Shown here: piece after piece, positions 14,159 to 22,677 of the stretch
Layout of the letters: each line of letters opens with the position of its first letter
How positions within the stretch are numbered: position 1 is the first letter of the stretch
Source of the DNA: an uncultured delta proteobacterium
GTDB taxonomy: Bacteria; Desulfobacterota; Binatia; DP-6
DNA length: 64,000 nt
Direction: 5' to 3'
Assembly (NCBI GenBank): GCA_963815115.1
Contig: CAWFFN010000008.1
Coordinates: 96,001-160,000, forward strand
Notes under the pieces: model-generated
Told to the model about the DNA's origin: nothing
Database searches by the model: none
Seen by the model: the letters and a program-made list of their open reading frames with translations, nothing else
Made by a program: the position numbers and the translations under genes

Positions 14159-14629
14159 CTAGTTCACCTCTATCTGGCCCTTGGTCGGGAGCACCCCGGG
14201 ATCGCGCGTGCGCTGGCCGATGACCTCGGTCGTGAAGGTGTAGGTCCCGGGGTCGAGCGAGCAGACGCTGGCGAACTGACCGGGCGGGACGTCCCCGACC
14301 AGCTTCTTGCCTTGCCACGAGAAGATCGCCCACGGCGCGGACGGTGCGCCCTTCTCCCGACCGTGCACGAGGCCGCAGCGGATCTTCTGCTCGATGTCGC
14401 TCGGCTCGGTGAACGTGACCCGGATCGGATGCGTCGAGTAGTTGACGAACGACACGACGTCCCCGTGACTCATGGTGGTGGTCGACGGCCGGATGTCGGG
14501 GCCGTCGAGCGTGACTGTCCGCGTGATGGCCTTGGCGTGTGCGTCGCGATCCTCGTGCTCGGCGGCGGCGGGGCCGACCCCGACTGCGACGAGCAACACG
14601 AGCGCGAGCCGGACGGATGAATTCGTCAT
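14159..14629 (-). CDS. Secreted cupredoxin-fold-like protein
   Basis: Signal peptide; GDVVSFVN..HPIRVTF and PGTYTF strands resemble cupredoxins, but the canonical Cu ligands are not clearly present. Confidence 0.55.
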   Translation of the reverse strand: MTNSSVRLALVLLVAVGVGPAAAEHEDRDAHAKAITRTVTLDGPDIRPSTTTMSHGDVVSFVNYSTHPIRVTFTEPSDIEQKIRCGLVHGREKGAPSAPWAIFSWQGKKLVGDVPPGQFASVCSLDPGTYTFTTEVIGQRTRDPGVLPTKGQIEVN

Positions 14630-14799
14630 GATATCCTACCGTGGAAACCCCGGAGCGGGGTGTCAGAGCCGTCATGGATGCCAAACACCCGAGGAGGTTC
14701 TCGATCAATACCCTTTGATCGTGGCCGCTCGCACCCCGGGTCCCCGCCCGACCGGCGTAGCTTGCGGGCGCCGAGCCCGCTGCCGTAGCCTCCGCCGCC

Positions 14800-16968
14800 A
14801 TGGTGTGGAAGCGCCTGCCCGCAGGCCTCGTCATCGGCCTGTGCACCGCGGTCGCCGTCTTCGCCGGGCTGTCCGGCTGGCTGCCGCTGCCCGCGTCGGG
14901 GCGCGAGGCCGTGCGGCGCACGGTCAGGCGCGGCGAGCTCCAGGCGAACGACCTGCTCCTGCACGCCCTCGGGCAGGACCGCTCCGCGGGAAACGACGTG
15001 GTGCTCGCGATCGTCAACCAGGCCGATCTGGACGCGATCGCCGATGCGAACGGCGAGGGCTGGCCCTGGCCCCGCGAGTACTGGGCCGTGCTCACCCGCT
15101 TCCTGAGCGACGCCGGCGCGTCGGTCATCGGCTACGACCTCTTCTTCAGCGAGCCGTCGCGCTACCCGGAGGACGATCGCGCGCTCGGCGCAGCCATTGC
15201 CGACTCCGGGCGGATCGTGCTCGCCGTCAGCACCTCGGCCGTCGCGGCAGCCGGGCACCAGCAGGCCGCCCCCCGGGCCGTACCGTTCGACGGCGATCGC
15301 GACGGCCTCGGGCGCCGTGCCCGCCTCGTCCCGCCGGTGCCGGACATCGCGCGCGACGGCACGCCCCTCGGCGTCGCCGACGTGCGCGGCGACGACGACG
15401 AGCTCATCCGTCGCCTGGCCCCCGCCGTGCTGGCCGGCGGCGAGCCGGTGCCGACCTTCGCCACCCGCATCGCGATGCTGCACCGGGGCGTCGAGCGGCT
15501 CCGGATCGAGGACGGCCATCTCGTGTTCGGCGACCGCCGCATCCCGCTGCCGCGCGACGGCAGCCTCACGCTGCGCTTCCGGCATCCCGATCCGCCGCGC
15601 ACCCCCTCCGACATCTCCTTCCCCTCGCTCCACGTCGCCGACCTCTTGCGGGCCGCCTTCGCGCACGCCGACGGCCGTCCCGTGCCACAGGAATGGATCG
15701 ATCGCCTGAAGGGCAAGATCGTCATCGTGGGGCTGAACGCACCCGGGGTGGAGGACGTCGAGGTCACGCCCGTCTCCGGCACGTACCTCGGCTCCGAGCT
15801 GCACGCGACGGGCGTCGACAACCTGCTGCGTGGCGACGCGCTCGACGAGTGGCCCGGGCCGGGGACGTGGGAGCACCTGCCCGCGGCCGTCATGAGCTTT
15901 CTGGTCGCGCTGGTGGCGATCCTGCCCCCGAGCGGCCTGGGCGCGGCCCTCGCCTCCGCCGGCTCCTTCGCCCTCTACGGCGGCGCGACCGCGATCGCCT
16001 ACCGCGACGGCGTCCTGATGCCGCTCTTCGGCCCGCTCGCCGGCACGATCCTCGCCTTCGGCTCCTCGGTGCTCTGGCTCTACATGACCGAGGGCCGGCA
16101 ACGGCGCGAGATCGGCCGGATGTTCTCGCAGTACGTGTCGCCCGCCGTGGTCCAGGAGCTGCAGCGGCATCCGGAGAAGCTCAAGCTGGGCGGCGAGCGG
16201 CGCGAGATGACGGCATTCTTCTCCGACGTCGAGGGATTCACCACGGTGAGCGAGGCCATGCAGCCCGAGGAGCTCGTCGCCTTCTTGAACGACTACCTGA
16301 CCCGCTGCACGGACCTGATCCTGGACAGCGGCGGCGTCATCGACAAGTACGAGGGCGACGCGATCATCGCCTTCTGGAATGCTCCGCTCGACCTCGCCGA
16401 CCATGCCGCCCACGCGTGCGACGCCGCGATCCGGTGCCAGGAGGCGTGCGCCATCTTTCGGGACGAGTGCACCCGCAAGGGCCTGCCGGCGATCCGCATG
16501 CGCGTCGGGGTCAACACCGGGCCGATGGTCGTCGGCAACATGGGATCGCACAAGCGCTTCGATTTCACGATCATGGGCGACGCCGTCAATCTCGCCGCCC
16601 GGCTCGAGGGCGCGAACAAGGTGTTCGGCACCTACCTCATGGTGAGCGACGCGACGCGCCGCGCATGCAACGGGGGCTTCGCGTTCCGCGAGCTCGGCCG
16701 GCTGCGCGTGAAGGGCAAGGCCAAGCCGGTCACGGTTCACGAGCTGCTGGCGCGCGGTCCCGTACCGGCGTGGGTGACGCGCTTCGAGGAAGCGCTCGCG
16801 GCGTTCTACGCGGGGCGCTTCGCCGCCGCCGTGGACGTCTTCCAGGCGGTGCTCGCCGAGCGGCCGGACGATCCGCCGTCACAGCGCTACCTTGCCCGGC
16901 TCGAAGAGATCTGCCAGGCTCCGCCACCATCGAACTTCGACGGCGTGCTGACGCTGACCGAGAAGTAG
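14800..16968 (+). CDS. CHASE2-domain class III adenylate cyclase
   Basis: GWPWPR and GSELHA CHASE2 motifs, three TMs, then FSDVEGFT, DKYEGD and FTIMGDAVNLAARLE (Lys/Thr pair indicating ATP specificity). Confidence 0.93.
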   Translation: MVWKRLPAGLVIGLCTAVAVFAGLSGWLPLPASGREAVRRTVRRGELQANDLLLHALGQDRSAGNDVVLAIVNQADLDAIADANGEGWPWPREYWAVLTRFLSDAGASVIGYDLFFSEPSRYPEDDRALGAAIADSGRIVLAVSTSAVAAAGHQQAAPRAVPFDGDRDGLGRRARLVPPVPDIARDGTPLGVADVRGDDDELIRRLAPAVLAGGEPVPTFATRIAMLHRGVERLRIEDGHLVFGDRRIPLPRDGSLTLRFRHPDPPRTPSDISFPSLHVADLLRAAFAHADGRPVPQEWIDRLKGKIVIVGLNAPGVEDVEVTPVSGTYLGSELHATGVDNLLRGDALDEWPGPGTWEHLPAAVMSFLVALVAILPPSGLGAALASAGSFALYGGATAIAYRDGVLMPLFGPLAGTILAFGSSVLWLYMTEGRQRREIGRMFSQYVSPAVVQELQRHPEKLKLGGERREMTAFFSDVEGFTTVSEAMQPEELVAFLNDYLTRCTDLILDSGGVIDKYEGDAIIAFWNAPLDLADHAAHACDAAIRCQEACAIFRDECTRKGLPAIRMRVGVNTGPMVVGNMGSHKRFDFTIMGDAVNLAARLEGANKVFGTYLMVSDATRRACNGGFAFRELGRLRVKGKAKPVTVHELLARGPVPAWVTRFEEALAAFYAGRFAAAVDVFQAVLAERPDDPPSQRYLARLEEICQAPPPSNFDGVLTLTEK

Positions 16969-16978
16969 CGGGGAATAC

Positions 16979-17461
16979 ATGACGCGAACGTGGTCCTTCC
17001 TGGGAATCGTCCTGGCACTGACGGCGATCGTCGCCTGGGCAGCGCTCGAGCAGGTCCGGGTGATCGAGCGCGAGGCGCGTGTCCGTGCCGACCAGCGCAA
17101 GTTCGGCGACTCGCTGCTGGTCGTGCACGAGGGCGAGGCGCTCGATCTCGTCTCCAGCTCGCCGCCCTGGGTGCGCGTGCGCAAGGGCAACGTCGAGGGG
17201 TGGCTGCACGAGAGCGCCGTGACGCGCGACAAGGGATACAAGTTCTCGGTGGCGTCGCTCGGAGGTACCCAGGTCGAGGCGAGCGAGCGCACCGCCGGGC
17301 AGAAGGGCTTCGACTCCTCCACCGAGAAGACCTTCCGGGCCAGCAAGCCGGCCTTGCAGGCTGCCTACGCGAGGGTCGACGCCATCGACGCGGCGCGGCC
17401 CGACGAGGCCCAGGTGGCGCGCTTCATGAAGGCGGGCAAGCTGGCGGGAGGCGGCCGATGA
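16979..17461 (+). CDS. Secreted SH3b-domain protein
   Basis: Signal peptide; WVRVRKGNVEGWLHESAV SH3b-like motif. Confidence 0.7.
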   Translation: MTRTWSFLGIVLALTAIVAWAALEQVRVIEREARVRADQRKFGDSLLVVHEGEALDLVSSSPPWVRVRKGNVEGWLHESAVTRDKGYKFSVASLGGTQVEASERTAGQKGFDSSTEKTFRASKPALQAAYARVDAIDAARPDEAQVARFMKAGKLAGGGR

Positions 17462-18360
17462 TCGCCCGGCTCCTCCTCGTCGCCGGCGGGGTCGCCGCGC
17501 TCGGCGTGAGCTGCGCGAACGTCAACCAGGCCGTCGAGTCGATGAAGCCCATCGCCCAGCACGTTCCCGGGGTCGGCGGCTACGTCGACACCGCGGCGAA
17601 GGGCGTCCAGGCCGGCGGCCTGATCGCGAGGTCCGCCTCCACGTTCGATCCCGATCAGGAGTACTACATCGGGCGCGCGGTCAGCGCGGAGGTGCTCGCC
17701 AACCCGAAGTTCACCCAGACCAGCAACCAGCGTCTCCAGCAGTACGTCTCCGACGTCGGTCAGGCGGTGGCGCTCGGCGCTCCGTCCGTGACCACGCCCT
17801 ACCAGGGATACCGCTTCGTCGTGCTCGAGTCGCCGACGGTGAACGCCTTCTCGACGCCCGGCGGGTACGTCTTCATCACCACGGGGGCGATCGCCGCGGC
17901 GCAGAACGAAGAGGAGCTCGCCGGCGTCCTCGCCCACGAGATCGCGCACGTGTCGCGGGGTCACGGCATCAAGGCGATCAAGCAGGGCGACCTCACCGAG
18001 GCACTGTCCATCATCGGCAGCGAAGCCGCCGGCCACAGCGGCGTCCAGCTCGGTCAGGTCTTCGGCAGCTCCGTGAAGGACATCGTCGTCACCGCGGTGA
18101 CCAAGGGATACAGCCGCGGGCAGGAGACCGAGGCCGACAGCACCGCGGTCGTGTTCCTGCGCGAGTCGGGCTACTCGCCGAGCGGTCTCGTCGAGTATCT
18201 GCGCCACAACGACTTCGACACGGGCGGGTTCCGCAGCGACCACCCGTCGGCGACCGACCGGGTGGCCGCGCTCCAGGCCGCCGTGGGAGCCCAGGGCAAC
18301 ACGCCCGGCACCGACGCGCGCACGGCGCGCTTCAAGCAGAACGTCGGCGGCGCCGGGTAG
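17458..18360 (+). CDS. M48 family zinc metalloprotease lipoprotein
   Basis: Lipobox LGVSC; VNAFSTPGG, LAHEIAH, SRGQETEAD and HPS motifs. Confidence 0.9.
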   Translation: MIARLLLVAGGVAALGVSCANVNQAVESMKPIAQHVPGVGGYVDTAAKGVQAGGLIARSASTFDPDQEYYIGRAVSAEVLANPKFTQTSNQRLQQYVSDVGQAVALGAPSVTTPYQGYRFVVLESPTVNAFSTPGGYVFITTGAIAAAQNEEELAGVLAHEIAHVSRGHGIKAIKQGDLTEALSIIGSEAAGHSGVQLGQVFGSSVKDIVVTAVTKGYSRGQETEADSTAVVFLRESGYSPSGLVEYLRHNDFDTGGFRSDHPSATDRVAALQAAVGAQGNTPGTDARTARFKQNVGGAG

Positions 18361-18420
18361 CGTTCCGCGCATCTTCGGGTCCGGCGCCGTGCCTCGGAGG
18401 GCGGACGCGACGGGCTCAGC

Positions 18421-19233
18421 TTGCTCTCGGTCAGCCCGTTTGCTAGCGGCTCTCGGGTGATCGAGTCGTTCCGTGAGGTCGTGCGCTACCGCAACCTGCT
18501 GCGCGACCTGATCGCCCGCGACCTGAAGGTGCGGTACAAGCGCTCCGCGCTGGGCATCCTGTGGACGATGCTCAACCCGCTGCTCCTGATGATGATCCTC
18601 GCCTTCGTCTTCGCCCACATCCTGCGCGTCACCGTGCCCCGGTTCCCGGTCTACATCCTCGCAGCCCTGGTGCTGTGGAACTTCTTCGCCCAGGCCACGT
18701 CGTGGTCCACCGGCTGCCTGCTCAGCTATGCCGCGCTCATCCGCAAGGTGTACGTCCCGAAGAGCATCTTCGTCATCGCCACCGTCCTCGCCGGCACCGT
18801 GAACCTGGTGATCTCGCTCGTGCCGCTCGCGCTGATCATGCTGGTCATGGGCCACCCCTTCACCCCGGCGCTCGCCTTCCTCCCGGTCCCCGTGCTCCTG
18901 GCGACGCTCTTCTCCCTCGGCGTCTCCCTCGCCCTGGCCCCCCTGTGCGTCATGTTCGCCGACATCGTCCAGATCTACCAGGCGGCGCTGACGGCCTGGT
19001 TGTACCTCACGCCGGTCATCTATCCGCTCAGCGCCCTGCCCGATCACTACAAGCGTTTCATCCTGCTCAACCCGATGACCCATCTCGTGGAGGCGTTCCG
19101 GACCCCGATCTACCAGGGGACCATTCCCTCCGAGCACGTCCTCATCGCGTCGACGGTGGTGTCCGTCGTGAGCTTCGTGCTGGGCTGGATCATCTTCCAG
19201 CGCTACAGCGACCGCATTGCGTACTACGTCTGA
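18421..19233 (+). CDS. Polysaccharide ABC exporter permease (Wzm-like)
   Basis: RDLKVRYKRSALGILWTMLNPL, YLTPVIYP and LNPMTH motifs. Confidence 0.9.
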   Translation: MLSVSPFASGSRVIESFREVVRYRNLLRDLIARDLKVRYKRSALGILWTMLNPLLLMMILAFVFAHILRVTVPRFPVYILAALVLWNFFAQATSWSTGCLLSYAALIRKVYVPKSIFVIATVLAGTVNLVISLVPLALIMLVMGHPFTPALAFLPVPVLLATLFSLGVSLALAPLCVMFADIVQIYQAALTAWLYLTPVIYPLSALPDHYKRFILLNPMTHLVEAFRTPIYQGTIPSEHVLIASTVVSVVSFVLGWIIFQRYSDRIAYYV

Positions 19234-20005
19234 GCCTGCCGGCGAGCAGCCGGTCATCGACCTCCGGGGCGTCACGGTGCACTACCGCCTGCCGCACGAG
19301 CGGGTGCACACGTTCAAGGAGTTCGCCATCCAGTGGCTCCGCGGCCGGGTCGTCTACGAGGACCTGCGGGCCCTCGCCGGGGTTGACCTCCAGGTGAAGC
19401 GCGGCGACGCCGTCGGCCTCATCGGGCGCAACGGCGCGGGCAAGACGACGCTCATGAAGGTCATCGCCCGCGTGCTGCGTCCCAGCGAAGGCTCGGTCGC
19501 GATCCGCGGCCTGGTCGCGCCGCTCCTGGAGCTCGGCGCCGGCTTCGACACCGAGCTGACCGGCCGGGAGAACGTTTTCCTGAACGGCGCCATCCTCGGC
19601 CGCTCGCGCAAGGAGATGGTGCAGCGCTTTCCCGGGATCGTCGAGTTCTCGGGGCTGGGCCACTTCATCGATGCGCCGCTGCGGACGTACTCGACCGGCA
19701 TGGTCGCCCGCCTGGGCTTCGCCATCGCCACCGACGTCCAGCCGGACATCCTGCTGCTCGACGAGGTGCTGTCGGTGGGCGACCTCGAGTTCCAGCAGAA
19801 GTGCACCCAGCGCATCGAGGAGTTCCTCGCCGGCGGCGCCACCCTGATCCTGGTGTCCCATTCGCCGGAGGCGATCCTGCAGCTCTGCCGGCGCGTGGTG
19901 TGGCTCGACGCCGGCCACGTGGTGGCCGACGGTCCCGCCCCGCAGGTGGTCGAGGCGTTCGTGTCGCGCTCGATCCCGAGCGAGCCGCGCACGGCCATAG
20001 GCTGA
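19217..20005 (+). CDS. Polysaccharide ABC exporter ATPase (Wzt-like, no C-terminal carbohydrate-binding domain)
   Basis: GRNGAGKTT, YSTGMVARL and LLDEVLSVGD motifs. Confidence 0.9.
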   Translation: MRTTSEPAGEQPVIDLRGVTVHYRLPHERVHTFKEFAIQWLRGRVVYEDLRALAGVDLQVKRGDAVGLIGRNGAGKTTLMKVIARVLRPSEGSVAIRGLVAPLLELGAGFDTELTGRENVFLNGAILGRSRKEMVQRFPGIVEFSGLGHFIDAPLRTYSTGMVARLGFAIATDVQPDILLLDEVLSVGDLEFQQKCTQRIEEFLAGGATLILVSHSPEAILQLCRRVVWLDAGHVVADGPAPQVVEAFVSRSIPSEPRTAIG

Positions 20006-20008
20006 GAG

Positions 20009-20035
20009 CCGCACCGAGACTTCGTCTCGGTGCGG
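20009..20035. terminator. 12-bp hairpin just after the wzt stop
   Basis: CCGCACCGAGAC-TTC-GTCTCGGTGCGG perfect stem; no U-tract. Confidence 0.5.
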
Positions 20036-20074
20036 GGCGGAGAGCGAGCATGGAACTCGATGAACGATGCGGAT

Positions 20075-20219
20075 GTCGTGCCGCGGGCGGCGAAGCCGCC
20101 GCGGCAGACGTGTCGGAGTACGAGCGGATCTGAAGCAGGCTTGCGGTCGCGCGAGGGCGTGGGCCGTAGCCTCGGGCGTGCCACGTTTGCCGCGCCGGCT
20201 TTGCCGGCCGCGGCACGGC
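20075..20219. repeat. Inverted pair of 40-nt REP-like palindromic units
   Basis: 20075-20114 and the reverse complement of 20180-20219 match at 34 of 40 positions; each unit is itself a hairpin. Confidence 0.65.
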
Positions 20220-20257
20220 GCTCGCTCAACGCGACGCCGCACGCTCGCCGTCCGGGC

Positions 20258-20284
20258 TCGACCCGAGACGCAGTCTCGGGTCGA
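20258..20284. terminator. 12-bp hairpin just after the lpxO-like stop
   Basis: TCGACCCGAGAC-GCA-GTCTCGGGTCGA perfect stem, sharing the core CCGAGAC-N3-GTCTCGG with 20009-20035. Confidence 0.5.
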
Positions 20285-20285
20285 A

Positions 20286-21212
20286 CTACCGGAGCGCGAG
20301 CCACAGCAGCCCCACGAGGGGCGCCAGCTTCGCGGTGTAGCTGAGCACGTAGTACGTCGTCCGGCTGCGCGCTTTCAGGCGCTTCATGACGACCCGGATG
20401 CCGTACACCCGCTCGAAGGCGCGGTTGGCGATGCCGACCTCGTCCTCCTCCGTGTTGGCCGCAGCCGTCGCGGGCATGACCCGGCGAATCGCGAAGCGGT
20501 TGATCGCGGTCGCGACGCGTCCGCGGAGCGGCCGCTCGACGTCGCAGAACAGGATGATGCGAGGCTCGCCGGTGCGGTTCTCGGCGCGGTGGATGTACGT
20601 CTCGTCGAACAGCATCCCCTCCCCGTCGCTCCAGTGGTAGGGGACGCCATCGATGAAGATGCGGCAGGTGTCGTCGTTGGGAGTCTGCAGGCCGAGGTGG
20701 TACCGCAGCGAGCCTGCGAACGGATCGCGGTGCCGCACCAGGTGGCTGTGCGGTGCGAGGACGGCGAACATCGCCGCGTGCACCGACGGCGTCGCCCCGA
20801 GCAGCTCGATCGTGCGCGGACAGAGAGCCCGCGCCGAGGGCATGAAGTCGCCGTACCACTTCAAGTAGAAGCGCCGCCAGTCGCGCTTGTAGAACGAGTT
20901 GAACGCGAGGTCGTCGTGCCTGGCGGACTTGCGGATGTGGCCGGAGCGCAGCAGCATCCGCGCCTCGTCCCGGATCACCTCCCAGTGCGCCTGCAGGTGG
21001 GCGAGCTCGGGGAGGTCGGCCGGCCGCAGCACGGGACGCGTCGGCACCGCGGAGAAGAGGTAGACGAAGGCGTTGTACGGCGCGAGGAACGTCGAGTGAT
21101 CCGCCACCTGCCGCATGAACGACAGGCGTTCGCGCCCGCGCAGGTGCACCCACAGCGCCGAGCCGGCCCAGACGCCGGCGAGCGCGGCGAATGGCGCGAC
21201 GGCGGGCGTCAC
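20286..21212 (-). CDS. lpxO: Asp/Asn beta-hydroxylase family protein, LpxO-like lipid A hydroxylase
   Basis: DHSTFLAPYN, WRRFYLKWY, HRDPFAGSLRYHLGL and FDETYIH motifs. Confidence 0.8.
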   Translation of the reverse strand: MTPAVAPFAALAGVWAGSALWVHLRGRERLSFMRQVADHSTFLAPYNAFVYLFSAVPTRPVLRPADLPELAHLQAHWEVIRDEARMLLRSGHIRKSARHDDLAFNSFYKRDWRRFYLKWYGDFMPSARALCPRTIELLGATPSVHAAMFAVLAPHSHLVRHRDPFAGSLRYHLGLQTPNDDTCRIFIDGVPYHWSDGEGMLFDETYIHRAENRTGEPRIILFCDVERPLRGRVATAINRFAIRRVMPATAAANTEEDEVGIANRAFERVYGIRVVMKRLKARSRTTYYVLSYTAKLAPLVGLLWLALR

Positions 21213-21213
21213 C

Positions 21214-22203
21214 TCACGACTTCGACGAGCGCGCCAGCTCCTCGTCGATGACTTCCTTGAACTTCTCGAAGGGCTGGGCACCCGAGAGCATGCGGCCGTT
21301 GATGAAGAACGCCGGCGTCCCGGTCACACCGACGTTCGACGCATCTGCGATGTCCTTGTCGATGACCGCCTTGAACTCCTGCTTGGCCAGGCAGTCGTCG
21401 AACTTCTTCTGATCCATCCCCACCTCGCCCGCCATCGCCTTCAGCTTGTCCGCGCTCAGGTCGGCGGCCGCCCAGAGCTTCTGGTGGTACTCCCAGAACT
21501 TGCCCTGCGCGTTCGCACACGCCGCGGCCTCGGCCGCGGGCCGTGCGTTCTCGTGGAACGGAAGGGGGTAGTCGCGATAGACGAGCTTCACCTTGTCGCC
21601 GTAGGTCTTCATCACCTCCTCGACGGTGGTGTGCGCTTTCTTGCAATACGGGCACTGGTAGTCCGAGAAGGCGATGATGGTGATCGGGGCCTTGTCGTTT
21701 CCGCGCTCCGGTCGCCCGCCGGTCGCCACGTTCACCACCGGCGGCTTCAGGCTGACCGTGGTCTTGTACTTGGCCTTGAGCTCGTCGACGAAGGCCTGCT
21801 GCCGCTCTCCGCCCTTCTGCTGCTTCAGGAACTCGACGATTCGCGGCTTCACCTGATCGAGGGTCTGGTTGCCGAGCTGCGACTTGTTCTCGTCGTAGAC
21901 CTTCTGGACCTCGGCGTCCGTCGGCTCCGGCACCTTGCCCGTGATCTCCACCGCTTCGAGCTGCTCGACCGTGACGTTGCGGGCCTTGGCTTCCTTCTCG
22001 AAGAGCTGCTCGCTGATCATCTCGTCGAGCCCCTCGCTGAGGGCTTCGTAGCGCTGGTTCTCGATCTCGACGAGCTTCGGCTTCACGTGCTTCTCGAGAT
22101 CTTCCCGGGAGATCGGGGTGCCCGCCACGACGGCGACGGGCTCCGCAGCGCTCAGCAGCGGAAATCCGAACAGGAGCACGGACACGAGGGCGAATCGGTG
22201 CAT
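21214..22203 (-). CDS. DsbA-family oxidoreductase with SurA-like N-terminal domain
   Basis: FSDYQCPYC, GVTGTPAFFING and GAQP motifs; signal peptide. Confidence 0.9.
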   Translation of the reverse strand: MHRFALVSVLLFGFPLLSAAEPVAVVAGTPISREDLEKHVKPKLVEIENQRYEALSEGLDEMISEQLFEKEAKARNVTVEQLEAVEITGKVPEPTDAEVQKVYDENKSQLGNQTLDQVKPRIVEFLKQQKGGERQQAFVDELKAKYKTTVSLKPPVVNVATGGRPERGNDKAPITIIAFSDYQCPYCKKAHTTVEEVMKTYGDKVKLVYRDYPLPFHENARPAAEAAACANAQGKFWEYHQKLWAAADLSADKLKAMAGEVGMDQKKFDDCLAKQEFKAVIDKDIADASNVGVTGTPAFFINGRMLSGAQPFEKFKEVIDEELARSSKS

Positions 22204-22302
22204 GAAATCCCTCCTATTTGGCTTCGCGGGGGGGCGTCAACCGCCCGCTGGCGCCGGATCCTTTGCAATTCCGGGGGACGCGTGGTAGCCGCCCGACGCC
22301 AT

Positions 22303-22677
22303 ATGCGGCTGCCGCGAAGGCTCGTGGAGCGCGTGGCTGCGCTGCTGATCGTCGGAACGCTCGCAGCCTGTGCGCCCAGCATCCGCGACCTCAACCTCCG
22401 GCCCGAGCGCCACTATCAGGAGAAGGTCACGGTCACCGCACGCGTCACCCGCATGCAGAGCGTCGGCGACGAGACGCTGCTCGAGGTCGTCGACACCCAT
22501 GACAGCCGCCTGCTGGTCCGGGCGCCCGGCCGGGTGGACGTGAGCGTCGGGGACTGGGTGAAGGTGACCGGCGTCTTCGTTCCCGAAGCCCGCCTGGCAG
22601 ACACCAGCATCTACGACGTGATCAGCGCGGAGGACATCTCGCGGGCGAGCGCGCCGTGGTTTTCCGGTTTCATGTAG
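22303..22677 (+). CDS. Hypothetical lipoprotein, OB-fold-like
   Basis: Lipobox LAAC; KVTVTARV and VGDWVKVTG strands; start uncertain. Confidence 0.65.
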   Translation: MRLPRRLVERVAALLIVGTLAACAPSIRDLNLRPERHYQEKVTVTARVTRMQSVGDETLLEVVDTHDSRLLVRAPGRVDVSVGDWVKVTGVFVPEARLADTSIYDVISAEDISRASAPWFSGFM

